From positions 517,300 to 581,299 of the forward strand of contig JAWKOC010000002.1 in NCBI GenBank assembly GCA_041391365.1: 64,000 bases of DNA. Reading direction: 5' to 3'. Position numbers and translations under genes: made by a program. The stretch's first letter is position 1, and the number at the start of each line of letters is the position of its first letter. A model generated the notes under the pieces. It searched no databases, was not told the DNA's origin, and was given only the letters and a program-made list of their open reading frames with translations. The DNA comes from Bdellovibrionota bacterium. GTDB taxonomy: Bacteria; Bdellovibrionota_G; JALEGL01; JAGRMV01. Of the stretch, positions 42,290 through 51,537 are shown piece by piece.

Positions 42290-42934
42290 TTATTGTTCTT
42301 GATCAGAAAATTGTAACGAGAATCTTTTTTCCATTTCATGAGCGATGTATTGCTGATCGAGACCTTGTTGCTTCAACTCATTGATGATGTTGCGATAGCT
42401 TTCTTTGTCCCGATCTTGGCTAAGTTTGACGACGTGATGGATTTCATCCACATCTATTTCAAAACCTACAATCAACTCAAGAGCTCGGGATGTGAATGAG
42501 CGAGGTAGGTTTTCGTAAACCGTGGGGGATTCGAGCTTGTCTTTTTCAAAATGGAGGGAAAGTTTTTGGAGCAGGGGCTCCAACTTATTTGCATCGATGA
42601 TTCGAAGTTTTCCTTTGGCATGTACGCTCACGTAATTCCATGTCGATGGCGTATTGGGGTTGCTGTACCATGCTCCGCTCACATAGGTGCTGGGTCCTGT
42701 GAAGATGGCCAACACATGAGGGTTATCGGCAAAAGCTTTGTGATGATCCGTGTGTTTCATCACATGCCCACACAGAGTCAAGTTGCCTTTACGCTCCTCT
42801 ACAAGCAGAGGAATTTGTGTGGCCACCGGCTCGTGCGAGGCATTGCATCCCGTGAGAAAAGCAAAGGGATGGTCGATCATAAAGGATCGAATCGTGTCCA
42901 GGTCATGTTCTCGATGATGAGGAAGATTGTACAT
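42290..42934 (-). CDS. PaiB-family FMN-binding transcriptional regulator
   Basis: PaiB (COG2808) similarity along the full length. Start taken at MYNLPHH. Confidence 0.65.
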   Translation of the reverse strand: MYNLPHHREHDLDTIRSFMIDHPFAFLTGCNASHEPVATQIPLLVEERKGNLTLCGHVMKHTDHHKAFADNPHVLAIFTGPSTYVSGAWYSNPNTPSTWNYVSVHAKGKLRIIDANKLEPLLQKLSLHFEKDKLESPTVYENLPRSFTSRALELIVGFEIDVDEIHHVVKLSQDRDKESYRNIINELKQQGLDQQYIAHEMEKRFSLQFSDQEQ

Positions 42935-43109
42935 GGTGGCAAGAGAGTTATCGCCCAAAACCATCCACAAATCAAATCCAATGCTCTTGGCTCTGATCCG
43001 GAGTCATGACCTTTTTACACGACTCATCGAGTCTTTTTTGTTGCCTAGGATGCGAAGAGTTTGTTATGGCCTTGGAGGTGTTTCGATCTCAGAATAGGGG
43101 CTCTAAGGT

Positions 43110-44345
43110 ATGAAAACAAAGTTTATTGCAAATTTAATAGGTTGTGTGGTTCTACTTTGCGGGGGCCATTCTTGGGCTCAAGCACAAAGGCCTTGTGTGG
43201 ACGTGTCTGCACCGGTGATTGACCCTTTGAGCATTCGTTTTCTCAACCCACAAGGTGATTTCGAGCCCTACGAATCCAGCGATATTCCAAGGTATTCTTC
43301 AGGAGAGACGATTGCGATTCAATTGTCGGCACGTGACGAGACGAAAATCTCTAGTGCGGGCTACGCTCTTTTGGAGATGAAAACCAAAAAGGGAAATACA
43401 ACCCTTTGGTTGGAGGGATCCGTCGTTGAAACAGCAGAAGATGGAACATCCATCATCGAATATTCCATCGTACTGAATGAACAAGGTGTAGGACATCCTG
43501 TGTTGGGTGGAACCTATGTGTTTCGAGGAATTTATGGTCTCACAGATCCTATGGTTCATGATACCGACACCGCATTTCTTGGAAACAAGAATTATAACAT
43601 TCAAGTTGTATCAGATGAACAAGAAGAAATTTCCCAGACGTTTGTGTTGGAACAGTTTCGACCTTTCAAACAAACCTACAACGTAGGCGATGTTATCAAG
43701 GTCAGTGCGCCATTGAGTCAAGAAGGCCTCGCTTTGAAAGATTATGGGGTCGTGTGTGCGTCGCTCGGAGATCAGGTTCTTTGTTCTTACAATGGAGAGT
43801 ATGATGATCGAAACCACAGAGTGGTGTACAGCTTCGGATACCCCATCGGTGGGGGCATTGCCTATGGTCGATATACGATCCATGAGATTGACGGTGTTCA
43901 GGATGGGTATGGAAGAGTTTATGATGTGAAATTGTCCACGTCCGTTCAGTTTCTCATCAACAATCAAGGGAAAATTGACCATCATGGTCCGGACGTCAAT
44001 TTTTCGTCGGTCAAAATTTCAGATTTGACGGTCATGCAGGGTGGAACCCTTGAAATTCAGATCGAAGTTTGGGAAAACGAACATGTGTTGGGAGACTCGA
44101 TGCTCGTGATGGAGGGCCCTAAAGACCAGTTGATCTTTGGAAACCCAACCAAAGTTTCGAAAAAAGAAAATGATCCCAACGTAGTGATCCTTACGTATTC
44201 CGCCAAGGTTCCCGATCAGACCCCCCCTGGCCGCTATACATTGAAAAACATCATTGGTCTTTTGGATGCAAATCGAAATGATTCCAATGGATATCAACTG
44301 AATCAATACGATATCGGTTTCGAAGTTTTGAAAGAATGCCCATAA
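43110..44345 (+). CDS. Secreted protein of unknown function (411 aa)
   Basis: Signal peptide MKTKFIANLIGCVVLLCGGHSWAQA. No recognisable domain. Confidence 0.45.
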   Translation: MKTKFIANLIGCVVLLCGGHSWAQAQRPCVDVSAPVIDPLSIRFLNPQGDFEPYESSDIPRYSSGETIAIQLSARDETKISSAGYALLEMKTKKGNTTLWLEGSVVETAEDGTSIIEYSIVLNEQGVGHPVLGGTYVFRGIYGLTDPMVHDTDTAFLGNKNYNIQVVSDEQEEISQTFVLEQFRPFKQTYNVGDVIKVSAPLSQEGLALKDYGVVCASLGDQVLCSYNGEYDDRNHRVVYSFGYPIGGGIAYGRYTIHEIDGVQDGYGRVYDVKLSTSVQFLINNQGKIDHHGPDVNFSSVKISDLTVMQGGTLEIQIEVWENEHVLGDSMLVMEGPKDQLIFGNPTKVSKKENDPNVVILTYSAKVPDQTPPGRYTLKNIIGLLDANRNDSNGYQLNQYDIGFEVLKECP

Positions 44346-44415
44346 GTTCATGGTGAAAAATCGTGGACAATGAACTGCTTTTCAAGGATTCAAAATAGAG
44401 AATTTTCTCTGAGTT

Positions 44416-44898
44416 TTGATGGAGGATAAAAATATGAAAAAAATAGGTTTGTGTTTGATGATGTTGTTGACTTTGCCCGTGATCGCTCATGCGGAGAATC
44501 ATGAGTTTGTGGAATGTGAACTTCAACAAGGAAATATATGGAACAGTAACATCAGCACTCGAAGAATCTACAACAAATTGTTGGGATCGATCACACCCAA
44601 AGAAAAGTTTGGGAACTATGATGTTTTCGTCAGGTATAAGGGTGGAAACTCAGCAGACTTGGAATTTAGTTTTGTTCAGCGCAATGGTCATGCTTCAGGG
44701 GTCACACATCGAAGAGGAATCCAGACCATCAGTTTCTTGAACAGCGATTACACAAATCTGTATTTTAGCGATGAGAGCCCAAATGAGTCGGACAATCGCC
44801 TTTTTCGGGCGAAATGTCGGGGCATCACAATGAAAGACTTGCTCCTGCGCATTGCAAACATGACAAGCCCAACGGAAGTGATCGAATCGTCAAAGTAG
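44416..44898 (+). CDS. Small secreted protein of unknown function
   Basis: Signal peptide MKKIGLCLMMLLTLPVIAHA. No recognisable domain. Confidence 0.4.
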   Translation: MMEDKNMKKIGLCLMMLLTLPVIAHAENHEFVECELQQGNIWNSNISTRRIYNKLLGSITPKEKFGNYDVFVRYKGGNSADLEFSFVQRNGHASGVTHRRGIQTISFLNSDYTNLYFSDESPNESDNRLFRAKCRGITMKDLLLRIANMTSPTEVIESSK

Positions 44899-45118
44899 CC
44901 TGCGAAGGATAGGCGGAAAATTTTTGATGTGGCGATTTACGATGGGATTGGTGGAGCTGGCCCCGAGGAGCCGAAGGCGAGAGCAGGATTAGGACGAACG
45001 TGTTCGATCCCGAAAGCCAGCGAAAATGTAGATCGAAATGAAATGAGAGATTTGCCTGCGAAGGATAGGCGGGAAATTTTTGATGTGGTTATTTACGATG
45101 GGATTGGTGGAGCTGGCC
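44899..45118. repeat. Two 64-nt direct repeats (61/64 identical, period 156 nt) that include the 3' terminal 14 nt of tRNA-Ala; putative att-site duplication
   Basis: Copy 1 is 44899..44962 and copy 2 is 45055..45118. Both end in the reverse complement of GGCCAGCTCCACCA. The intervening 92 nt contain a plus-sense tRNA 3'-half-like fragment GTTCGATCCCG...GCCAGC at about 45000..45027. Confidence 0.8.
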
Positions 45119-45180
45119 GGGATCGAACCGGCGACCTCATGACTGCCAGTCATGCGCTCTCCCAACTGAGCTACAACCCC
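45105..45180 (-). tRNA. tRNA-Ala (anticodon GGC)
   Basis: 76-nt cloverleaf GGGGTTG...CAGCTCC-A-CCA. Anticodon loop CUGGCAG. G3:U70 alanine identity pair. Confidence 0.9.
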
Positions 45181-45181
45181 A

Positions 45182-45714
45182 TTATGATTTTTTTGATGTG
45201 TTTCTTTTGGAAACGGTCTTGCTAGATACCTTTGTTGACTTCTTTTTGGAAGAAGTTTTTGGTCGACGCTTTTTTTCTGAAGCTTGTTGAGTCCTAGCTT
45301 CGTCTTCTCGATCTTCACTGTGAGCCTGAGCCTGAATTTGCTCATTGATTTTTTCAATGCGATCAATGATTTGCTTCACATCATCTTGCGAAAATTTTCC
45401 GGCCTGGATCAAATGAAAGGTTCGTTCTCCCAAATGCTCGAACAGCGTCATTCGCTCACGATACAATTTGGTCGCATCAAATTTGGCTTTGCCGACTTGG
45501 ACCACTTGGTCAGCACTTTTGACCACATGTTTGAATGCCTTGCCTACGCGCAGAAATACATCTTCCACAGTTTCTTTGGCTTTTTTCCACTGTTTTTGAT
45601 TTCATCGTCGCCGATGTATTTTTGATGATCTGACACAGCCAACTCATAGCATTGACTGAGGCCCTGATCAAGTTCAAAGCGATGCTTTGGGAGTTCCAAA
45701 AACCTTGACCACAT
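45182..45714 (-). CDS. Phasin-like / histone-H1-like protein with Lys/Ser-rich basic C-terminal tail (apparent frameshift)
   Basis: ORF 45544..45738 and ORF 45182..45568 are contiguous if the caaaaac run is A6 rather than A5, giving ...GDDEIKKQWKKAKETVEDVF.... The tail KKRRPKTSSKKKSTKVSSKTVSKRNTSKKS is histone-H1-like. The start overlaps the pgsA 3' end. Confidence 0.4.
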
Positions 45715-46255
45715 ACGTATAGGCCGAAGTATACGCAAGGATCAGAGAAATATAAAAACAGAGATTGGCCATGGCGTTCCAAGGCATTCCCAACCAATGA
45801 AACGAGGGTCCGAGAAAAGCCAATCCGATGGCAAATCCCTCGAAATAAGATTTGGTCCGCGCCATCATGCTTGATGACAAAACAATTCCCAGTTGCAACG
45901 CAAAACTTCGGAGGCTGTTGATCGCTACTTCGCGCACAACCAGTGCCAATGCAATCCACAGCGGCACCATGCTTTTTTCAACGAGCAACATCAACCCCGT
46001 GATCACCAGAAGTTTGTCGGCCAATGGATCCATGAGTTTTCCAAACTGCGTAAGACAGTTCATTTTGCGTGCAAGCCAACCATCAAGTTGGTCGGTGATG
46101 AAGGCGAGTCCAAAGATGACCGTCGTCCATATTTCATAGTTGGGCAAAGACTGTGTGTGGTATACCCAGGCAACACCAGGAATGGCTGCCATGCGAAGCA
46201 TGGTCAAAACGTTGGGAAGTGTAAGGATTCGATTTTCTGGATTAGTTGCCGGCAC
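45674..46255 (-). CDS. pgsA: CDP-diacylglycerol--glycerol-3-phosphate 3-phosphatidyltransferase
   Basis: CDP-alcohol phosphatidyltransferase motif (DQLDGWLAR...G...DPLADK). Confidence 0.88.
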   Translation of the reverse strand: MPATNPENRILTLPNVLTMLRMAAIPGVAWVYHTQSLPNYEIWTTVIFGLAFITDQLDGWLARKMNCLTQFGKLMDPLADKLLVITGLMLLVEKSMVPLWIALALVVREVAINSLRSFALQLGIVLSSSMMARTKSYFEGFAIGLAFLGPSFHWLGMPWNAMANLCFYISLILAYTSAYTYVVKVFGTPKASL

Positions 46256-46895
46256 TGGCTAACTGTAATCGTCCATCTGAAAAATGAGAATAATATTTTT
46301 TAACTTTTTCGACATACTGAATGGTTTCCGGAAACGGTGGGATACCTCCGAAACGGTCCACAGCGGTTTCTCCAGCATTGTAGGCCGCGAGAGCAAGATC
46401 CAAATTTCCATTGAATTTGGTGAGAAGAGTTTTGATGAAACGAACACCCCCATCGATGTTTTGTTTTGCGCTGTAGGCATTATCCACGCCCAGATGATCG
46501 GCCGTATCTGGCATGAGTTGCATCAACCCCATGGCTCCTTTGTGCGAAACGGCCCGAACATTGAAATCTGATTCTGTTCGTACGATGGCTCGAATCAGGT
46601 TGGGATCCACACCATGGCGTTGGGCCGCTTCATCGATCAATGTGTGAATTTCATTGCGGCTAACGTGCTCGTAGGAGTTTGAAACATAATACCCACTGCG
46701 GTGCTGGAGGACCGGACCTTCCTTGGGTTGGTAGACTGAAAAGCGACTCTCCGAGGGAGGCGTATCGGTGTACCGAGTTTTTCCATCCTCATCGGTGTAC
46801 ATGTAAATTTCGGCGTTGGCCAAGCCCAAGGTTAGGGCAACGGCCAAAAACGTGCACAAATACAGCATGTTGGGAGTTTTTTGTTGTCTGTTCAT
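46242..46895 (-). CDS. Lytic transglycosylase (SLT domain)
   Basis: Signal peptide plus the SLT catalytic region (RTESDFNVRAVSHKGAMGLMQLMPDTA). Confidence 0.8.
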   Translation of the reverse strand: MNRQQKTPNMLYLCTFLAVALTLGLANAEIYMYTDEDGKTRYTDTPPSESRFSVYQPKEGPVLQHRSGYYVSNSYEHVSRNEIHTLIDEAAQRHGVDPNLIRAIVRTESDFNVRAVSHKGAMGLMQLMPDTADHLGVDNAYSAKQNIDGGVRFIKTLLTKFNGNLDLALAAYNAGETAVDRFGGIPPFPETIQYVEKVKKYYSHFSDGRLQLASAGN

Positions 46896-47025
46896 GATTT
46901 TACATCGACATGGGCATGAAAAAACCACGTCTTTTAGCGTACCTACATCCCCATTATATCAGAACTCCTGAATTTTCGCCTACAGAAAGAAATCTTCAGA
47001 AAACCGCAAAGACTTCTTTTTTGTA

Positions 47026-47061
47026 TTGACACCATATATATGGGCATATATCGTCATATGC
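47026..47061. promoter_or_regulatory. Promoter-like TTGACA overlapped by tandem palindromes (putative operator of the downstream RHH regulator)
   Basis: TTGACA (47026..47031), then CCATATATATGG (perfect 12-bp palindrome), then GCATAT-atcgtc-ATATGC. Located 64 nt upstream of the RHH gene ATG. Confidence 0.4.
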
Positions 47062-47124
47062 GGTACGTCGCTGAGGGGCGATGTGGTAGAAAAGACTGCA
47101 AGGGGAAACAGTGAGATTTTCATT

Positions 47125-47295
47125 ATGACGAGAAAAAAAATATCCACAACGGTGTACATTACAGAAGAGCAAAATGAAAAGCTCAAATTGTTGAACAAGC
47201 GTACCAAGGTTCCTGTGGCGGAATACATTCGCCAAGGGATTGATTTGGTTCTCGACAAATACAAAGACGAGATTCCAGGCCAGATGACTTTTTAA
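47125..47295 (+). CDS. Ribbon-helix-helix (CopG/Arc/MetJ-type) DNA-binding protein, orphan
   Basis: 56 aa. Beta-strand STTVYITEEQ followed by two helices (NEKLKLLNKRT, PVAEYIRQGIDLVL). ATG preceded by AGGGGAAACAGTGAG. No toxin partner is adjacent. Confidence 0.6.
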   Translation: MTRKKISTTVYITEEQNEKLKLLNKRTKVPVAEYIRQGIDLVLDKYKDEIPGQMTF

Positions 47296-47385
47296 CGTTG
47301 TTGTGCGAATCTTTTTGAATCATTCTCATAACATTTCGTTGAGAAACATTGAGCAAAATCTCGTAGACCTTTACAATCCCATCCT

Positions 47386-48315
47386 ATGTCGAAGTTTTTG
47401 TTGATCGGTGGTGCAGGGTTTGTAGCATCTCACTTGTGTGATCGCCTGTTGAGTATGGGGCATCATGTGACGGTGATGGACAATTTGGTTACCGGACGTA
47501 TGGATAATCTTTTTTCTGCACAGTCCAACCCTCATTTTTCCTTTGTAGATTGGGATGTCACCAAACCTTTTCCGGAAATGGGTCCTGTAGACGGTGTGTT
47601 GCACATGGCTTCTCCAGCAAGCCCAAAAGATTTTGTTCCACTGTCGAGAGAGATTTTGGCGGTGGGTTCGTTTGGAACATGGAACGCGATCGAGTTTGCT
47701 CGAAGACACAACGCCTGGTTTTTGTTTTCATCCACCAGTGAAGTGTATGGAGATCCATTGGTTCATCCCCAAACCGAAGATTATTTGGGAAATGTCAATT
47801 GCATCGGTATTCGAGGAGTGTACGACGAGTCCAAACGCTTTTCCGAGAGTTTGATCATGGCCAACGTTCGGGCCGGAGATTTGCAAGCTTCGATTTTTCG
47901 AATTTTTAACACCTATGGACCTCGTATGCGTGCAAATGACGGTCGAGCCGTTCCAAATTTTGTGGACCAAGCCCTTAAAGGAGAACCCATGACGGTTCAC
48001 GGGGATGGCAGCCAAACGCGAAGTTTTTGTTTTGTGGATGACTTGATTGATGGCATCTCAAAAATCATCGAAAAACGACCCACGGGACCTTTGAATCTAG
48101 GAAATCCTCATGAAGTTAGCATCTTAGATATCGCGCAAACCATCAATAAGATTTGTGGTTCCAAAAGTCAGATTCGTTTTACGGAGCTTCCTGCCGACGA
48201 TCCCAAGCAACGTTGTCCTGATTTGACGCGAACCAAAAATGTGTTGCAGTGGGAACCTACGGTTGAACTCGAAAAAGGCTTGAGAAAGACCGTGGAATTC
48301 TTTAAAGAGCCATAG
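47386..48315 (+). CDS. NAD-dependent sugar-nucleotide decarboxylase/epimerase (UDP-glucuronate decarboxylase-like)
   Basis: [10 protein letters not shown] Rossmann motif and the extended-SDR YxxxK motif. UXS/ArnA-C-terminal-like. Confidence 0.8.
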   Translation: MSKFLLIGGAGFVASHLCDRLLSMGHHVTVMDNLVTGRMDNLFSAQSNPHFSFVDWDVTKPFPEMGPVDGVLHMASPASPKDFVPLSREILAVGSFGTWNAIEFARRHNAWFLFSSTSEVYGDPLVHPQTEDYLGNVNCIGIRGVYDESKRFSESLIMANVRAGDLQASIFRIFNTYGPRMRANDGRAVPNFVDQALKGEPMTVHGDGSQTRSFCFVDDLIDGISKIIEKRPTGPLNLGNPHEVSILDIAQTINKICGSKSQIRFTELPADDPKQRCPDLTRTKNVLQWEPTVELEKGLRKTVEFFKEP

Positions 48316-48317
48316 AT

Positions 48318-50120
48318 TTGTCAACGGCACGCACACATATCCGGAACTTTTCCATCATTGCCCATATTGATCATGGGAAATCCACGCTCGCCGATCGTCT
48401 GTTGGAGATGACCGGAACGGTGGATCAACGAAACATGACCAGCCAAGTGTTGGACAAAATGGAGCTGGAGCAGGAACGTGGGATCACGATCAAAGCTCAG
48501 ACAGCTCGTCTTAGCTATAAGGCCAAAGATGGTCAGACGTATCAATTCAATCTGATCGATACTCCTGGTCACGTGGATTTTTCCTACGAAGTTTCTCGAA
48601 GTCTCAAAGCCTGTGAGGGAGCATTGCTTTTGGTGGATGCCTCTCAGGGGGTTCAAGCGCAAACCCTTGCGCACACCTATGAAGCCGTAGCTCAAAATCT
48701 AGAGATCATCATGGTGTGGAACAAAGTGGATTTGCCCAATGCCGATGTAGAAAAGATCAGCAAGGAAGTCGAAGATGTTCTTGGATTGGACACCTCCGAA
48801 GCCGTCTCCATCAGTGCAAAAACAGGTCACAACGTGGACCTGATCATGGAACAAATTGTGGCCAAAATTCCTCCGCCCAAGGGTGAATCAGATCAACCTC
48901 TCAAGGCTCTTTTGTTCGACAGTTGGTACGATTCCTATTTGGGTGTGGTCTGTTTGATTCGTGTGTTTGATGGAAGCATCAAAAAAGGAACCCGAATCAA
49001 ATTCATGTCCAACGGTGCTACCTTTGAAGTAGAGAGGGTGGGTGTTCTTTCTCCACACATGACGGTGGTCCAAGAACTTCGTCCTGGTGAGGTAGGGTTT
49101 TTTGCCGCAGCCATCAAGGAAGTATCTCAGGCACGCGTGGGCGATACGGTGACCACCCAGCACAATGGTGCTTTGAAACCCTTGGAGGGGTTCAAATTGG
49201 TCAAACCGACGGTGTTTTGTGGGATCTTTCCGACCACCCAGCAAGACATGAACGACCTGCGAGACTCACTGGAAAAACTTCAGCTCAACGATACGTCTCT
49301 GACCTTTGAGCCAGAAAGTTCTGCGGCCCTGGGGTTTGGATTCCGCTGCGGATTTTTGGGACTTTTGCACATGGAAATCATCCAGGAACGTTTAGAGAGA
49401 GAGTTTCAGATGGATGTGATCACGACAGCACCAACGGTGGCGTATCGTGTGCATACCATCAAAGGGGAAACGATGGAGATTGACAACCCCGCCAAATTGC
49501 CGGATCCCCAAGAAATTGATTTCATCGAAGAACCCATGATTGAGGCCACCATTCACACTCCAGGAGACCATTTGGGGGCGATCATCAAACTTTGCGAAGA
49601 CAAACGAGGACGGCAAGTGGCCATGGAATATCCGTCTCCGAGCCGCATCATTTTGACGTATTTGCTTCCGCTCAACGAAGTGGTGTTTGATTTCTACGAC
49701 AAACTCAAGTCCGTCTCTCGTGGATATGCGTCGTTGGATTACGAGTTCAAACATTTTGAGCAGTCCAAAATCATCAAACTCGACATGCTCATCAACGGAA
49801 GCAAAGTCGATGCGTTGTCCAACATGATTCACCAAGACAATGCATATTATCGTGGTCGAGAGATCGCCAAAAAGCTTAAGGAGATCATTCCCCGACAGAT
49901 GTTTGAGGTGGCGGTTCAAGCCGCCATCGGCAACAAGATCATTGCCAGAGAGAGCATTCCGGCCATGCGAAAAAATGTGACTGCCAAATGCTATGGGGGA
50001 GACATTTCCCGAAAACGAAAACTTTTGGATCGCCAAAAAGAGGGGAAAAAACGAATGAAGCGTTTGGGCAACGTGGATTTGCCTCAAGAGGCGTTCCTGG
50101 CTGTTCTCAAGGTCGATTAG
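48318..50120 (+). CDS. lepA: Elongation factor 4
   Basis: [23 protein letters not shown]-domain motifs and full-length LepA homology. Confidence 0.95.
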   Translation: MSTARTHIRNFSIIAHIDHGKSTLADRLLEMTGTVDQRNMTSQVLDKMELEQERGITIKAQTARLSYKAKDGQTYQFNLIDTPGHVDFSYEVSRSLKACEGALLLVDASQGVQAQTLAHTYEAVAQNLEIIMVWNKVDLPNADVEKISKEVEDVLGLDTSEAVSISAKTGHNVDLIMEQIVAKIPPPKGESDQPLKALLFDSWYDSYLGVVCLIRVFDGSIKKGTRIKFMSNGATFEVERVGVLSPHMTVVQELRPGEVGFFAAAIKEVSQARVGDTVTTQHNGALKPLEGFKLVKPTVFCGIFPTTQQDMNDLRDSLEKLQLNDTSLTFEPESSAALGFGFRCGFLGLLHMEIIQERLEREFQMDVITTAPTVAYRVHTIKGETMEIDNPAKLPDPQEIDFIEEPMIEATIHTPGDHLGAIIKLCEDKRGRQVAMEYPSPSRIILTYLLPLNEVVFDFYDKLKSVSRGYASLDYEFKHFEQSKIIKLDMLINGSKVDALSNMIHQDNAYYRGREIAKKLKEIIPRQMFEVAVQAAIGNKIIARESIPAMRKNVTAKCYGGDISRKRKLLDRQKEGKKRMKRLGNVDLPQEAFLAVLKVD

Positions 50121-50138
50121 ACCCCTGGGAATCAAAGG

Positions 50139-50609
50139 ATGAAATTATCCTTGACCAAGAAGGACAAGCCGTTTAAAAAAACCATTTTAATGACCCTGTT
50201 TTCCAGAACCCGAGCCTCTTTGAAACCAAGGAGGTTTTTTTTTGACATAAAAAAAACCAATGCAGGTCTGATGTTGTCAGAAATCCTGACCATCATGGTT
50301 TTGGTTGGCGGAGCTTACTTCTCTTACAAATACATCCCCTACCAATGGAAACGAATCGAACTCGAGCGAATTGTCAAAGAGCATGCTTTTGAAATCGGTC
50401 GAGCTTCTCCTGAACAAATTCGAGAATCCATCATCGATGAGTTTGAATCCATTTACGACATTCGGCTCAATCGCGAAGATGTGATCATAGACAATGGAAG
50501 AAAAAACGCAGTGATCACTGTATATTGGGTTCCGTACATCGAATTTATCTTTGGATTTGTGTACGAGCCCACCTTCAAGGTCAGTTATTCGAGGAGGAAA
50601 TTGAGCTAA
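50139..50609 (+). CDS. Membrane-anchored protein of unknown function
   Basis: One TM segment (LMLSEILTIMVLVGGAYF). Sits between lepA and pyrB with tight spacing. Confidence 0.4.
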   Translation: MKLSLTKKDKPFKKTILMTLFSRTRASLKPRRFFFDIKKTNAGLMLSEILTIMVLVGGAYFSYKYIPYQWKRIELERIVKEHAFEIGRASPEQIRESIIDEFESIYDIRLNREDVIIDNGRKNAVITVYWVPYIEFIFGFVYEPTFKVSYSRRKLS

Positions 50610-50610
50610 T

Positions 50611-51537
50611 ATGGGTAGTTGTTCCAGCCACTTTCTGAGTGTAGACCATGTCGATGAAGCTTTTTTTTTGTCCCTTCACCAACGCGCGCTCAACGTCGAG
50701 TCTGATTCAGATTTTTCTCGGCAACATCTGTTGAAACACGAAATCGTAGCCAACATTTTTTTGGAAGCCTCAACACGAACCATGATTTCTTTTGAATGTG
50801 CCCTTCACCGTTTGGGGGCGCAAACCGTTCGAATCGATGCCCACACGAGTAGTTTGTCCAAAAATGAAAGTTTGTATGACACCCTCCTTACCTTGCGTGC
50901 AATGGGCATTCGACTTTTTGTGATTCGCAGCTCTAACAGTCGGTTGGAGGACATTGCCCGCACCGAATTCGGAAACACCATTCACATGATCAATGCAGGA
51001 GATGGCAGCGCAGGTCATCCGACGCAGGCCATGCTCGACGCTTCTGTTTTGTTGCAACAATGGGGGCATTTCTCAGGCAAAACGCTTGCCATCATCGGTG
51101 ATGTCAACCGAAGTCGAGTGGCCAGATCCAATGTTGCGCTGCTTTGTTCGTTTGGGGTCAATGTCAATGTGTACGGACCCCCAGATCTTTTGCCTACACA
51201 ATCTTGGCACACAAACATGAACGTATGCAGAACCTTTGAAGAAGCAACGCAAGATGCAGATGCTGTGATGATGCTAAGAGTGCAACAAGAGAGAAACACA
51301 AACCAGAAAACCTTCAACCTAGATGGTCACTATCTTGATCGGTATGGTATGACCCTGCCACGCTTAGAATCCCTCAAAAAAGATGCCTGGTTGATGCACC
51401 CCGGCCCGACCAATCGAGGTGTGGAATTGCAGTCGGAGTTGGTGGAACATCCAAGATCTTTGATCTCCAAACAGGTCTCTCGTGGAGTGTCCATGCGCAT
51501 GGCGATTGTGATGGACTTGATGGGAGTCGCAGCGTGA
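50611..51537 (+). CDS. pyrB: Aspartate carbamoyltransferase catalytic subunit
   Basis: STRTMISFE and HPTQAMLD motifs. Confidence 0.92.
   Translation: MGSCSSHFLSVDHVDEAFFLSLHQRALNVESDSDFSRQHLLKHEIVANIFLEASTRTMISFECALHRLGAQTVRIDAHTSSLSKNESLYDTLLTLRAMGIRLFVIRSSNSRLEDIARTEFGNTIHMINAGDGSAGHPTQAMLDASVLLQQWGHFSGKTLAIIGDVNRSRVARSNVALLCSFGVNVNVYGPPDLLPTQSWHTNMNVCRTFEEATQDADAVMMLRVQQERNTNQKTFNLDGHYLDRYGMTLPRLESLKKDAWLMHPGPTNRGVELQSELVEHPRSLISKQVSRGVSMRMAIVMDLMGVAA

Noticed and set aside
44929-45225. 98-aa ORF spanning the direct repeats and tRNA-Ala
   Set aside because: It is produced by the repeated sequence (the GIGGAG motif repeats) and runs across a tRNA gene. It is not a plausible protein.
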